From Candidatus Zhuqueibacterota bacterium (GTDB lineage Bacteria; Zhuqueibacterota; Zhuqueibacteria; Residuimicrobiales; Krinioviventaceae), in assembly GCA_016928775.1 (NCBI GenBank), contig JAFGKD010000078.1, positions 45,396 to 109,395 of the forward strand: a stretch of 64,000 nucleotides of DNA. Reading direction: 5' to 3'. Made by a program: the position numbers and the translations under genes. This document shows, in pieces, positions 9,834-21,069 of this stretch. The notes beneath the pieces were generated by a model. That model was not told the DNA's origin. It saw only the letters and a list, made by a program, of their open reading frames with translations, and made no database searches. Position 1 is the first letter of the stretch; the number at the start of each line of letters is the position of its first letter.

Positions 9834-11324
9834 TTATTTTGCCGTCAGATCAATCACGACAATCTCGGGACGGCAAAAAAGGCGAATCGGCAGCAGTATC
9901 GTCCCGATACCTCGAGTCACAAACAGCGTTGTATGATCAAACGAAAAAAGCCCCTGGGCATATTTTCTGCCCAGGTCAGTGCCGGTGACAAGTGGCCCAA
10001 GGAGCGGCAATTGTATTTGTCCGCCATGCGTATGCCCGCTGAGCTGCAGATCAATTTTTGCTGAATCCGCCCAGGCGATAACATCAGGTGTATGCGCCAG
10101 GAGAACAGTAAACTCGGAATCCGGAATAGCCTGCCTGATCCATGGAATCGCTTCTGCCTCGAAATTAAAATCCACCCAACCGAAAGTATCGCGGTCTTCA
10201 AAATCATCGACCATCAGGGTATCGCCATTGGCGGTGAACACGCAGAGATCGTCAAACTGGTGCAGTCCTTTGCCATGGCTCCACAAACCGACGGTGCCGT
10301 TTTGAAACTGATGTGTCGTATCAACGGCATCCGCCTGCCATTGTGCAGGTTCTTCTGTCTCTTTGGGCCAGACTTTTGCCTGAATGTGCGTCCCGTCCTC
10401 TTTGGAAAAGCAGCGAATTTTAAAACGATACCACTGGTTGGCTAACATATCAATCTGACATTCTGTCTCGCCAAGCGGTCGATTGGCTGCATGCGGCGAC
10501 AGCACAAATTTGGACCACCCGGCCAAACGCCGCAAGCGATAGAACGCATCGTAGCCCAAATCAAATTGCGAGTAAAAGATGAGACCAATACCGCCCTCGT
10601 CCGGATTGCTTTGCCGAAGAGAGCCCGTGTAAGTGTAATCACTCCACTTTTCGCGATCTGGACCAAGCAAAAAGTGGCTGTAGGAATTTTCAAAAGAAAA
10701 CCAGGATTCCATACATCTGCCATCCTCATATGACCGGTTGGAAAATTCGTTGGCCTCCCAGCGTGAGAATCCGGGAAAATCGATGCCCAACAGATGTATT
10801 CTCTCGTTATCCTTCGTAACAAGCGAACTGGAATTGACCAGTATGTTCACCTCGTCTCGATGCATAGCATCGAGAAAAATATTGCTCACCTCTTTGTCAT
10901 CGCCAAAATCATTGTTGCCGCGACAGATAAACACCCCATAGGGTGCGTGCAAAAGATGAAGAAAATTTTTTACCTGATCAATACTTTTGGGCAGTTTTTC
11001 GACAGCATTGAATCCTTCGAAAATATTTCGATGCCTGAAAAAATCCCCGGTAATGGCAATGATGTCCGGATGCACGTCATTTATCTCTGCCGCGACGTCT
11101 TTTTCATACGCTGTCAGCGACTTTAAATGCAGATCGGAAATATGGACGATTCGCACTCCCGAAAAATTCTCCGAAAATTTTTCTGATCTGATGTTCACAT
11201 ATTCGATTTTGATATTTTTTCGTTCTATAAAATAGCCATAGATCAGGCTCAACAATCCGATGCACAATAAAGCTACGATGACCTTGAAAATTTTCACAAA
11301 ATTCCTTTCCTTTAGACATTTCAA
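9834..11324 (-). CDS. Membrane-anchored YkuE-like metallophosphoesterase with an inserted beta-sandwich domain
   Basis: N-terminal TM; motifs SDLH, TGDF, GNND, AHTP, SGHTHGGQ, VTRGIG..PIRLFCRPEI; about 200 extra aa between LLGID and the AHTP motif. The start may be the GTG a few codons downstream. Confidence 0.88.
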   Translation of the reverse strand: MKCLKERNFVKIFKVIVALLCIGLLSLIYGYFIERKNIKIEYVNIRSEKFSENFSGVRIVHISDLHLKSLTAYEKDVAAEINDVHPDIIAITGDFFRHRNIFEGFNAVEKLPKSIDQVKNFLHLLHAPYGVFICRGNNDFGDDKEVSNIFLDAMHRDEVNILVNSSSLVTKDNERIHLLGIDFPGFSRWEANEFSNRSYEDGRCMESWFSFENSYSHFLLGPDREKWSDYTYTGSLRQSNPDEGGIGLIFYSQFDLGYDAFYRLRRLAGWSKFVLSPHAANRPLGETECQIDMLANQWYRFKIRCFSKEDGTHIQAKVWPKETEEPAQWQADAVDTTHQFQNGTVGLWSHGKGLHQFDDLCVFTANGDTLMVDDFEDRDTFGWVDFNFEAEAIPWIRQAIPDSEFTVLLAHTPDVIAWADSAKIDLQLSGHTHGGQIQLPLLGPLVTGTDLGRKYAQGLFSFDHTTLFVTRGIGTILLPIRLFCRPEIVVIDLTAK

Positions 11325-11465
11325 AAAGCGTCAGAGTATAAGGATGCCGTTTTTTAATGTCAACTGGTTTCACTTTTATAGAGTGCACAAAACTGTTTCG
11401 CGGAATTATCACAAAAAAGCTCGTGTTAAAACAGCAATTGAACAATATAAAAGAGAGTGAGATTC

Positions 11466-12991
<1,526 letters not shown>

Positions 12992-12995
<4 letters not shown>

Positions 12996-14104
12996 GTCAT
13001 CGACCAAGCAAAATTACTATTGGTGAAAAAGTGTCGCTTGAAAAGATCGAATCTGCATTTCGCCAATACTGGCGCGATTTGGTCGAAACCGGCAGCGAAG
13101 AGGCGGTGCTCAAAGCGAGTACCCTCAACCTCATCATCCTGGTTGATCGGAAAACGGTCTTTGAAGAATTGTTGTCCGATATTCATGAGATCGTTTCGCA
13201 TCATCCAGGTCGAATGATCGTTGCCTTTATCGATCCGGATGTAGATAGCGATGAAATTGATGCGCATGTTTCCGCTTATTCGCAAAAATCCAAGGAAGGT
13301 AAAATACAGATTTCAGCCCAAGTGGTTGTTTTAAAGACCGGTCGCGCGGGTTCAATACATCTGGCGGGTGCCTTATTGCCGTTGTTGTTGGCAGACCTGC
13401 CCGTCTATTTATGGTGTACCTGCACGCAGGTGCTTGCCGAGCCGGATTTTGGTATACTTTTAAACTATGCGGACCGTCTCATTGTGAGGACGGCCAACGA
13501 ATACACATCTACCGAGGAGATGGCAAACAGCATAAAACAAATTTTAGCTTACAATCAAAAATGCAAAATCAGCGATATCACCTGGTCCGAGTTGACCGAC
13601 TGGCGAGAAGCCATTGCACAATTTTTTGATACGAAAAACAATCAGCACTATTTGGGAACGCTGGAGGAGATCGAGATTACTTTCTCGGGCGACAAATTAT
13701 CCAATCATGCCTTTTTGTTAGCCGGCTGGTTGTCGTCCCAACTCAAGAATGTGCCAAACAGTCCAGATATCCAGAACGCGTCGACCATCTATTTTAAGCG
13801 CCAACGAGACAAGCTGTCCATCAAAATTCACAGAATAAAACTTGAAGGAGTCAAAGGGCTATATAAAATAAAACTTATTGCCAAAGAAAATGGACGCACG
13901 GTGATCTTGAACGCTACCAAACAACAGGACAACTTTATAGAAACGACCATACAAAAAGGTGGAACGCTGCAGCAGCCAAACTATGTTGCGGCTGCACCGA
14001 AAAGCAGCGCGATCATGTTGTGCAATGAGCTTGATTTTTTGCAACAGGATATCATTTATGTGCACGCCTGCGAACAAATATTAGAGTTCACAAATGAAAA
14101 CTGA
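12992..14104 (+). CDS. opcA: G6PDH assembly protein OpcA
   Basis: GTGA overlap with the zwf stop; ASTLNL, HPGR, PLLLADLPVYLW, DITW..LTDWRE.IAQFFD, LLAGWL. Confidence 0.9.
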
Positions 14105-14810
14105 CCTGAAAATTGTCAATAGCAAGGAAAATCTTGGTATTTATGCAGCCGATCTCTTTGCCGAGCTCTCTGAAAAATATATCAAAAAAAACGGCAAATT
14201 GAGCGTCGCACTGTCGGGTGGATCGACACCCAAAATTATGTATCAAAAACTTGTCGACCTGCATGCTGAAGATATACACTGGGATTACATCGATTTTTTC
14301 TGGAGCGATGAACGTTATGTTCCGTTCGATCATCCGGATAGCAATGGCGGTATGGCCTACAAATATTTGCTCTCTCCACTGGACATCAGCCAGGAACACT
14401 ATTTCCCGGTTCCCACATCTTACAAAAATGCGCCCCAGGGAGCCATGGAATATGAAGAAACGATCCGCAACTATTTCAAAGCGCCGGTTTTTGATGTGAT
14501 CTTTCTCGGCATGGGCGAGGACGGTCACACCGCATCTCTCTTCCCGAACACCAGGGCATTATCGGAAACCAGACGCCTGGTCACAGCCAACTGGGTGGAT
14601 AAATTTACTGCATGGCGAATTACCTTTACCTTTTCTCTCCTCAATCAAGCGAGACACATCATTTTTTTGGTGAGCGGTGCGGAAAAAGCCCGTATTACGC
14701 GCGAGATACTCAAAGATAAAAGCCTTCGCTATCCTTCGGCATTGGTCCAGCCAACCCATGGTCAGCTTTTATGGCTATTGGATGCGGATGCAGGGAAAGA
14801 ACTGCTATGA
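14094..14810 (+). CDS. pgl: 6-phosphogluconolactonase
   Basis: ALSGGSTP, DERYVP..HPDSN, LGMGEDGHTASLFP. Confidence 0.95.
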   Translation: MKTDLKIVNSKENLGIYAADLFAELSEKYIKKNGKLSVALSGGSTPKIMYQKLVDLHAEDIHWDYIDFFWSDERYVPFDHPDSNGGMAYKYLLSPLDISQEHYFPVPTSYKNAPQGAMEYEETIRNYFKAPVFDVIFLGMGEDGHTASLFPNTRALSETRRLVTANWVDKFTAWRITFTFSLLNQARHIIFLVSGAEKARITREILKDKSLRYPSALVQPTHGQLLWLLDADAGKELL

Positions 14811-15715
14811 CTCATCTGGGAAAAAATTTGACGAAAATTGCCGAAAGTATTGTCAAAACCTATGAAAAAGATGGCGGTATCAACAGAATAGACGGCGTCA
14901 ATTTGCCGGCCACAGAACCTGTTGTTGGCATCCTGAACGATATCATGCAAATTCTTTTCCCCGGTTATTTTGGCGAACGTGTCCCGGCACGCTCAAATAT
15001 TCTGTTTTTTGTCCAGAGTGGCATTGATGCTCTCTTTTTGCGTTTACTGGATGAGTTCAAGCGAGCCTGCCAATATGCGCAATCGATAGGTCAGTATGAA
15101 GGCGAAATCACCAGGACAAGTTGTGAAGAAAATGCACTGAGTTTGATTTCGTGTATTCCGCATATTCGCGCCTTGCTAAAGCAGGATATCAACGCCGGTT
15201 TTGAAGGTGATCCGGCCAGCAAAAGCAAGGAGGAGATCATCTCCTGTTATCCTTATGTTTATGCTATTGCTACGTATCGGATCGCACACGAAATTTATGC
15301 AATGGACATACCGCTCATTCCGCGCATCATGTCCGAGTGGGCGCACCGCCGGACGGGTATTGATATCCATCCCGGCGCGGTAATTGGACACAGCTTTTTC
15401 ATCGACCACGGCACCGGTGTTGTCATCGGTGAAACATCCGAAATAGGCGATAATGTCAAAATCTATCAGGGTGTGACGCTGGGCGCTCTCAGTTTTCGCA
15501 AGGATGCGGATGGCTCTATAAAAAAAGGCGGCAAACGGCATCCAACCATTGAAGATGATGTCACAATCTATTCAGGAGCAACCATACTCGGTGGCAATAC
15601 CGTTATCGGGCGGGAGAGTATTATCGGGGCGAACACGTGGATTACTTCATCTGTGCCACCGCGCACACTGGTGACATTTCAGGAAAATCAGATTTATCGG
15701 TCTTTGGACCATTAA
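14807..15715 (+). CDS. cysE: Serine O-acetyltransferase (long EpsC/CysE type)
   Basis: GDPA, TGIDIHPGA, FFIDHGTGVVIGET, KIYQGVTLG, KRHPTIED; ATGA overlap with pgl. Confidence 0.92.
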   Translation: MTHLGKNLTKIAESIVKTYEKDGGINRIDGVNLPATEPVVGILNDIMQILFPGYFGERVPARSNILFFVQSGIDALFLRLLDEFKRACQYAQSIGQYEGEITRTSCEENALSLISCIPHIRALLKQDINAGFEGDPASKSKEEIISCYPYVYAIATYRIAHEIYAMDIPLIPRIMSEWAHRRTGIDIHPGAVIGHSFFIDHGTGVVIGETSEIGDNVKIYQGVTLGALSFRKDADGSIKKGGKRHPTIEDDVTIYSGATILGGNTVIGRESIIGANTWITSSVPPRTLVTFQENQIYRSLDH

Positions 15716-15744
15716 AAAAAGGCCGCTTGTTCAGCGGCCTTTTT
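15714..15744. terminator. Bidirectional intrinsic terminator
   Basis: AAAAAAAGGCCGCT-TGTTC-AGCGGCCTTTTT between convergent cysE and hsp20. Confidence 0.9.
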
Positions 15745-15760
15745 GACAAAAAGTATATTG

Positions 15761-16195
15761 TTATTTAATCTCAATCAGACGAGGTTTCTCTTCTTCCGCC
15801 TTTGGCAACTCGAGATGTAAAATACCGTCTTTGAAGACAGCCTTTACTTTACCCATCTCAACTTTGGCGGGAAGCGTCAGCGAGCGTGAAAAGATGCCAT
15901 AAACGCGTTCCACCCGATGATAATTGGCATCTTGTTCATCATCTTCTCTGCGTTTTTCACCGCTAATTTGTAAAACGTTATCCCGAATCGACAACTTTAT
16001 ATCTTCTTTTGTCAAACCCGGAAGTTCGGCGTATACACCAATCGTTTCCGGTGTTTCCTTGATATCAACACTCGGATACCACGCGGATGTCGGGGTGGAT
16101 TCATCGGCATCCTGAAAAAATGTGTCAAACATTCGATTCATTTCCCGTTGTATGGAATTGAGCTCACGCAACGGTCTCCAACGTACGACAGTCAT
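15761..16195 (-). CDS. Small heat-shock protein (Hsp20/alpha-crystallin)
   Basis: VRWRPLREL, PSVDIKET, ELPG, HRVERVYG.F.RS.TLP, A.FKDGIL. Confidence 0.95.
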   Translation of the reverse strand: MTVVRWRPLRELNSIQREMNRMFDTFFQDADESTPTSAWYPSVDIKETPETIGVYAELPGLTKEDIKLSIRDNVLQISGEKRREDDEQDANYHRVERVYGIFSRSLTLPAKVEMGKVKAVFKDGILHLELPKAEEEKPRLIEIK

Positions 16196-16213
16196 TTCTC
16201 GTCCTCCTTTTTT

Positions 16214-16654
16214 TTATTCACTCTTTATCTCGATATCCTGTGCTTTGGCACGCTCCTGTTTGGGCAGCCTCAGCTTTAAAACGCCATTAATAAATTCGGC
16301 GGAAATTTTTCCCGTATCAATTTGTGCAGGCAATGTAAACTGGCGACAAAAGTTGCCATAAACGCGTTCAACACGATGAAATGTTTCGTCTTTTTTTAGC
16401 TCGGCTTGTGGCTTGTCTCCACTAATGGATAAAACTTTGTCTCGTACGGTAATTTTTATATCGTCCTTTTTCAAGCCCGGACATTCCGCGTACAAGACCA
16501 GCGCTTCCGATGTTTCTTTGACATCAATATTGGGAATCCACGTGCCTCGGCATTCTATTTCTTCATCATCCTGATAAAAACTTTTCAACGGATGATTTTC
16601 CTCTCTTTGCATATCATAGAGTTTTCTCAATGTTCTCGCGGGGCTATAATACAT
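16214..16654 (-). CDS. Small heat-shock protein (Hsp20), paralog of the adjacent gene
   Basis: PNIDVKET, HRVERVYGNFCRQFTLP, AEFINGVL. Confidence 0.95.
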   Translation of the reverse strand: MYYSPARTLRKLYDMQREENHPLKSFYQDDEEIECRGTWIPNIDVKETSEALVLYAECPGLKKDDIKITVRDKVLSISGDKPQAELKKDETFHRVERVYGNFCRQFTLPAQIDTGKISAEFINGVLKLRLPKQERAKAQDIEIKSE

Positions 16655-16701
16655 GACAGTTCTCCTGTTTTTTTGGCTTTCTTTGATTTCATTATCGATT
16701 T

Positions 16702-16719
16702 ATTCAAATCACATGCCAA
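16702..16719 (-). promoter_or_regulatory. Candidate sigma54 (-24/-12) promoter for the hsp20 pair
   Basis: The minus strand reads TTGGCATG-TGAT-TTGAAT, matching TGGCACG-N4-TTGC spacing, about 48 nt upstream of the ATG. Confidence 0.55.
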
Positions 16720-16954
16720 AGTTACAAAGACGATTTATCTTTATAAATTTCAATTGTTTGATAAAGTGACGATTACCATATGTCTGTCATCAATAATTTG
16801 CCAAAATGACAAACATTCGTCCAATCTAACCTGGAATGGCAAAGTATGAGTTAAACTTGACATTGTGCCGAGTTGTGATTAAATTTCATAAAAAAAATTG
16901 CTAGCGTTGCTTAACTGTTGGCATTTCTCATTTCATGGCTAAATCGAGAATATT

Positions 16955-17881
16955 ATGCTCAAAGTGTCAAACCTCACAAAATCTTTTGACAGAGTTCTGG
17001 CTGTTGATCATATTTTTTTTCATATTTCAATCGGAGAAATATTTGGTTTTCTCGGTCCCAATGGCGCCGGCAAGACAACAACGATCAACATGATCTGTGG
17101 TTTGCTCAATCCTGATGCCGGCGAGATAGAGCTGGATGGGCAGGTACTAACCCCTGATCGCACAGGCCTGCGTCACAAGCTGGGAGTGGTGCCGCAGGAG
17201 ATCGCATTATACGAAGAGCTCAATGCGTACGAAAATCTGCGTTTTTGGGGGCGGTTGTATGATTTATCCGGCAACGCGTTAAAAGGTCGTATTCACGAGC
17301 TGTTGCAGTTGAGCGGGCTCGCGGAACGCGCCAGAGATCGGGTGAAAACCTACTCCAGCGGCATGAAGCGGCGTCTGAATATGATTGCCGGCTTGCTCCA
17401 TCGTCCTGCCCTGTTGTTGCTGGATGAACCAACAGTCGGGATCGATCCGCAAGGCCGCCACAATATCCTTGATTCTGTCAGGGAGATCGCTGCGCAAGGG
17501 ACGACGATTCTTTACACGACACATTATCTCGATGAAGCTGAAGCGTTATGTGATCGTCTCGCGATTATTGATCATGGCCGCATTCTTGCCATGGGCACCG
17601 AGGGTGAGATCAAAAGTATTGTTGGCGAAAATGCGATCATCCGCATCACCGGCGATATCAGCAAGGAGGATATCGAACCGCTGACCAGTCGATTTGCCCA
17701 TCTCAAAATCGAATCGCAAAAAGAGCGTGAGCTACTGCTCAGCTTTTCCACCGCGGAACGAGCCGGTGACATCATTGAAGCAATGTACGCCTCAGGACTT
17801 GACATCGAAAATCTGCAAATCAAGGAACCAAGTCTTGATTCGGCATTTATCAAATTAACCGGGAGGGAACTGCGAGACTGA
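16955..17881 (+). CDS. ABC-2 exporter ATP-binding subunit
   Basis: GPNGAGKT, YSSGMKRR, LLLDEPT, YTTH. Confidence 0.95.
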   Translation: MLKVSNLTKSFDRVLAVDHIFFHISIGEIFGFLGPNGAGKTTTINMICGLLNPDAGEIELDGQVLTPDRTGLRHKLGVVPQEIALYEELNAYENLRFWGRLYDLSGNALKGRIHELLQLSGLAERARDRVKTYSSGMKRRLNMIAGLLHRPALLLLDEPTVGIDPQGRHNILDSVREIAAQGTTILYTTHYLDEAEALCDRLAIIDHGRILAMGTEGEIKSIVGENAIIRITGDISKEDIEPLTSRFAHLKIESQKERELLLSFSTAERAGDIIEAMYASGLDIENLQIKEPSLDSAFIKLTGRELRD

Positions 17882-19125
17882 TGTGGATACTTTTAAAAAA
17901 AGATCTATTGCGATTGATCAAGCAACCTGCTGGATTTCTTTTTCTCATCGCTGTGCCCATCGTATTGTCTTCGCTTATGGGGCTCATTTTCGCGAATAGC
18001 GAGCATGGCGTCATATTGCCGCACATCGCCCTGGTCATCGAAGATCACGATGACAGCCTTTTATCCGGTTTGCTCAAAAACGCATTTCATCAGGAAGAAC
18101 TCGGCGAAATGTTTGATGTCACAGAAGTGGATAAAGATCAGGGGCGTGCCTATATTGAACAGGACAAGGCTGCTGCCCTGTTGATTATTCCGGCCGGATT
18201 CTCGGATTCCCTGCTCGCACTGACTCCAACGGAGCTGATTCTTGTCAAAAATCCAAGTCTGGATTTTGGCCCCAAAATCGTGGAAGAGATGGTCCATATC
18301 CTGGCAGAGGCTGCCGATCGAATCGTACGAATCGGTGAAGAACCGATCACAACGATTCGCAATGAACTTGAAAACAATGAACGCATGACGGATGCAACTA
18401 TGGCGGCCATAGCGGTTATGATCAATCAACTGATGACAAAAACCGGATCTCTCATTTTTGATCCGCCGATCACCCTCAACAAGCAATCGGTCTCTGAAAA
18501 TGAATCCAACAATAGCAATAAATCGCTCTTTGCCAGCACATTATGCGGTATCGCGACAATGTGTCTTTTTTTTATATTGAACGGGCTGGCAGTGGATTAT
18601 TTCCGCGAACGGGAGCATTACACGATGTATCGAATCCTTGTCTCACCAACCAGTTCGTTTGACTATATTTTATCAAAGTATGTCTATTTATTTTTCGCCG
18701 GTTTGATCAGCTTTTTAGCAGTGTGGTCATTGGCCTTTTTCGTATGGCGTATTCCAATCCCGCTGTCACAAGTGCTGCCCTTTTGTCTCATGCTTGTGAT
18801 CATCACCTCATCGTCCGTCGGTATTATTTCGCTTATCTATTCGCTGGTTCGCAGCCGAAGTCAAGCCGCGGCCATTATTCCGGCACTGATCATCGTTTTC
18901 GCACTTTTGGGCGGTGCTATGATTCCCATCCAGGCACTGCCACCATTTTTTGAGAGACTGTCAATTTTTTCACCCATCTATTGGGGCGTTGATGGTCTGC
19001 AAAAAATTCTGCTTGATCAGCAAGGCCTCACAATGCTGGCATCACACATTATGATCTTGATCCTCCTGTCGATTGCATGCCCAACCCTCTCTCTCCTTTT
19101 GCAGCGTCGGAGGATATTACGATGA
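17881..19125 (+). CDS. ABC-2 exporter permease
   Basis: N-terminal TM, extracytoplasmic domain, five C-terminal TMs, LGGAMIP, SPIYW. Confidence 0.9.
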   Translation: MWILLKKDLLRLIKQPAGFLFLIAVPIVLSSLMGLIFANSEHGVILPHIALVIEDHDDSLLSGLLKNAFHQEELGEMFDVTEVDKDQGRAYIEQDKAAALLIIPAGFSDSLLALTPTELILVKNPSLDFGPKIVEEMVHILAEAADRIVRIGEEPITTIRNELENNERMTDATMAAIAVMINQLMTKTGSLIFDPPITLNKQSVSENESNNSNKSLFASTLCGIATMCLFFILNGLAVDYFREREHYTMYRILVSPTSSFDYILSKYVYLFFAGLISFLAVWSLAFFVWRIPIPLSQVLPFCLMLVIITSSSVGIISLIYSLVRSRSQAAAIIPALIIVFALLGGAMIPIQALPPFFERLSIFSPIYWGVDGLQKILLDQQGLTMLASHIMILILLSIACPTLSLLLQRRRILR

Positions 19126-20264
19126 AAGCTGTGCTCACCATCGCTCTTCAGTCGCTACGAATTATATGGAAGGATAAAACATCTGTTGTATGGATGCTCA
19201 TCATTCCCACGGCCTATATCTTTTTCTTTGGCAACGCGTTTAAATACGATCGCGATCCAACAAGAAGCACGGCCTATTTGGGTGTCTATAATCAGGATGA
19301 CGGGCTGCTGGGACGCGCACTCATCGATGGTATCAAATCGGAGAATATTCACGTGGATTCGCTTGCCGAGATGCCGACAGAGATAACAACTCGAATACTT
19401 GTCATCCCACCCGATTTCACCGTTGATGTGTTAGCCGAAAACAAGACAGAGTTACAATTCAGGACAAAAAGCGGTTCGAACATCGAAGCTGAAATGGCAG
19501 CCGAATTGGCCATTCGCAAGTCATATATTCGGTTGTTAGCGGATATGGTCGAGTTAAAAGCGAGAGATGACAGTGTGACAATCAACAATATAAATGCGAT
19601 AAAAGATCGCGAACGACTCGTCCTCGTGAACAGCAGCTATGCCGGCACGCACAAGATTATCCCGACGGGTTACAATCAGCAAGTTCCGGCCAATATTGTG
19701 ATGTTTACCATGCTCATCATTTTTATCTATGCGGGTCACATGGTTCTGGACGAAAAAAGAGCGGGCATCTTTCGCCGCATCATCATTGCTCCAGTCGATT
19801 TCTGGCAGATATTTTTGGGAAAGCTCGCCGGCGGAACCTTGATTGGCCTGGGGCAAATTTTTATATTGGTTATTATCGGGAATCTCGTTTTTGGCGTCTA
19901 TTACGGTCCTTCGCTTGTTGCCGTATTATTGTTGTCACTCTTTTTTGCCGCCAGCGTCGCATCTGTCGGCTTGACGCTCGGCATGCTGATTCACAGCGAA
20001 GAAAAGCTTACGGGAGTGGCTATTATCCTGGCCATTGCCATGTCGGCTATCAGTGGTTGCTGGTGGCCTTTGGAGATATCGCCGCTCTGGATGGTGAAAA
20101 TAGCCTCATTTTTACCCTCGGGCATCGCGTTGGCCGGTTTTCATCAACTCATTTCTTATGGCCGCGGCCTGGACTCGATTATCGCGCCCATACTCAAGCT
20201 TGCCAGCATCTCCCTGCTGTTCGCCTTTATCTTTGCGTTTTTATTGCGCAAGCGCGACAAATAG
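19122..20264 (+). CDS. ABC-2 exporter permease (second subunit)
   Basis: Same topology; EKRAGIFRR, ISGCWWPLE. ATGA overlap with the upstream gene. Confidence 0.9.
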   Translation: MKAVLTIALQSLRIIWKDKTSVVWMLIIPTAYIFFFGNAFKYDRDPTRSTAYLGVYNQDDGLLGRALIDGIKSENIHVDSLAEMPTEITTRILVIPPDFTVDVLAENKTELQFRTKSGSNIEAEMAAELAIRKSYIRLLADMVELKARDDSVTINNINAIKDRERLVLVNSSYAGTHKIIPTGYNQQVPANIVMFTMLIIFIYAGHMVLDEKRAGIFRRIIIAPVDFWQIFLGKLAGGTLIGLGQIFILVIIGNLVFGVYYGPSLVAVLLLSLFFAASVASVGLTLGMLIHSEEKLTGVAIILAIAMSAISGCWWPLEISPLWMVKIASFLPSGIALAGFHQLISYGRGLDSIIAPILKLASISLLFAFIFAFLLRKRDK

Positions 20265-20309
20265 ACGAGGCAATGCAAAGGGATTTTTAAGTCTCTCATT
20301 TTGAATGAA

Positions 20310-20999
20310 TCAATCGCGTGACTTTATATAATCACGATACAATTTCTCCGCGATTATCTCCGCGGAAAAATTGGCTAAAAATTCCATGCCGGCTGCCATT
20401 TCATCCACTGAAAGCTGGGAGAGCGCCACAGCATCCATCACATTTTCGATTGGGGTGCTGATACCAAAAACTCGCGGCGACAGCGGTTCGCGCGCTGTTA
20501 CGCTGCGCTTCCAGATACGCCGCTGGAGTTGATTGTCGATGAGTTCAACCTTGGATTCGATGACAAAAAAGGTTCCAGCATCCCACCCTTTTGCATCAAT
20601 GCCATATTTTTCCATCCGCATATTAAAAACAAAGTCAGCTGCCTTGACTTCATTCACCGGGCGGAAATTGAGCATCTCGGCGGCGCGAAACAAAACCTCT
20701 TCCTCAATGATGGCCGGCACATCTACCATCTGCATGGCGCTATCGAGTCGGGCACGCGCTTTAATGGCTTCGTTTTCTCGCGCCACAGTTGAACCAACGC
20801 TAATGGCAGTTCCCACAATATCGTGGGGATTAAAATTGACGTTCAGGTCGGTGAAAACGTTGGCGCGCGGCGGCATAAAAGTACGGGCAGCGATGTCAGC
20901 CTCGCGAAGGTCGTATTCGACCAGCTTGTTCGATGAACAGGCGAGCAGCACCATAAAAGCACTAAAAAATAGCACCATGATATATTTAGACTGTTTCAT
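20310..20999 (-). CDS. Hypothetical lipoprotein
   Basis: MKQSKYIMVLFFSAFMVLLAC lipobox. The longer ORF start overlaps the upstream gene. Confidence 0.75.
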   Translation of the reverse strand: MKQSKYIMVLFFSAFMVLLACSSNKLVEYDLREADIAARTFMPPRANVFTDLNVNFNPHDIVGTAISVGSTVARENEAIKARARLDSAMQMVDVPAIIEEEVLFRAAEMLNFRPVNEVKAADFVFNMRMEKYGIDAKGWDAGTFFVIESKVELIDNQLQRRIWKRSVTAREPLSPRVFGISTPIENVMDAVALSQLSVDEMAAGMEFLANFSAEIIAEKLYRDYIKSRD

Positions 21000-21069
21000 G
21001 ATTCGGTCTCCAAAGATGACACAATCAGTTACTCCAGCTAATATGTAGTTTTTTTGATTTTGTTTCAGC

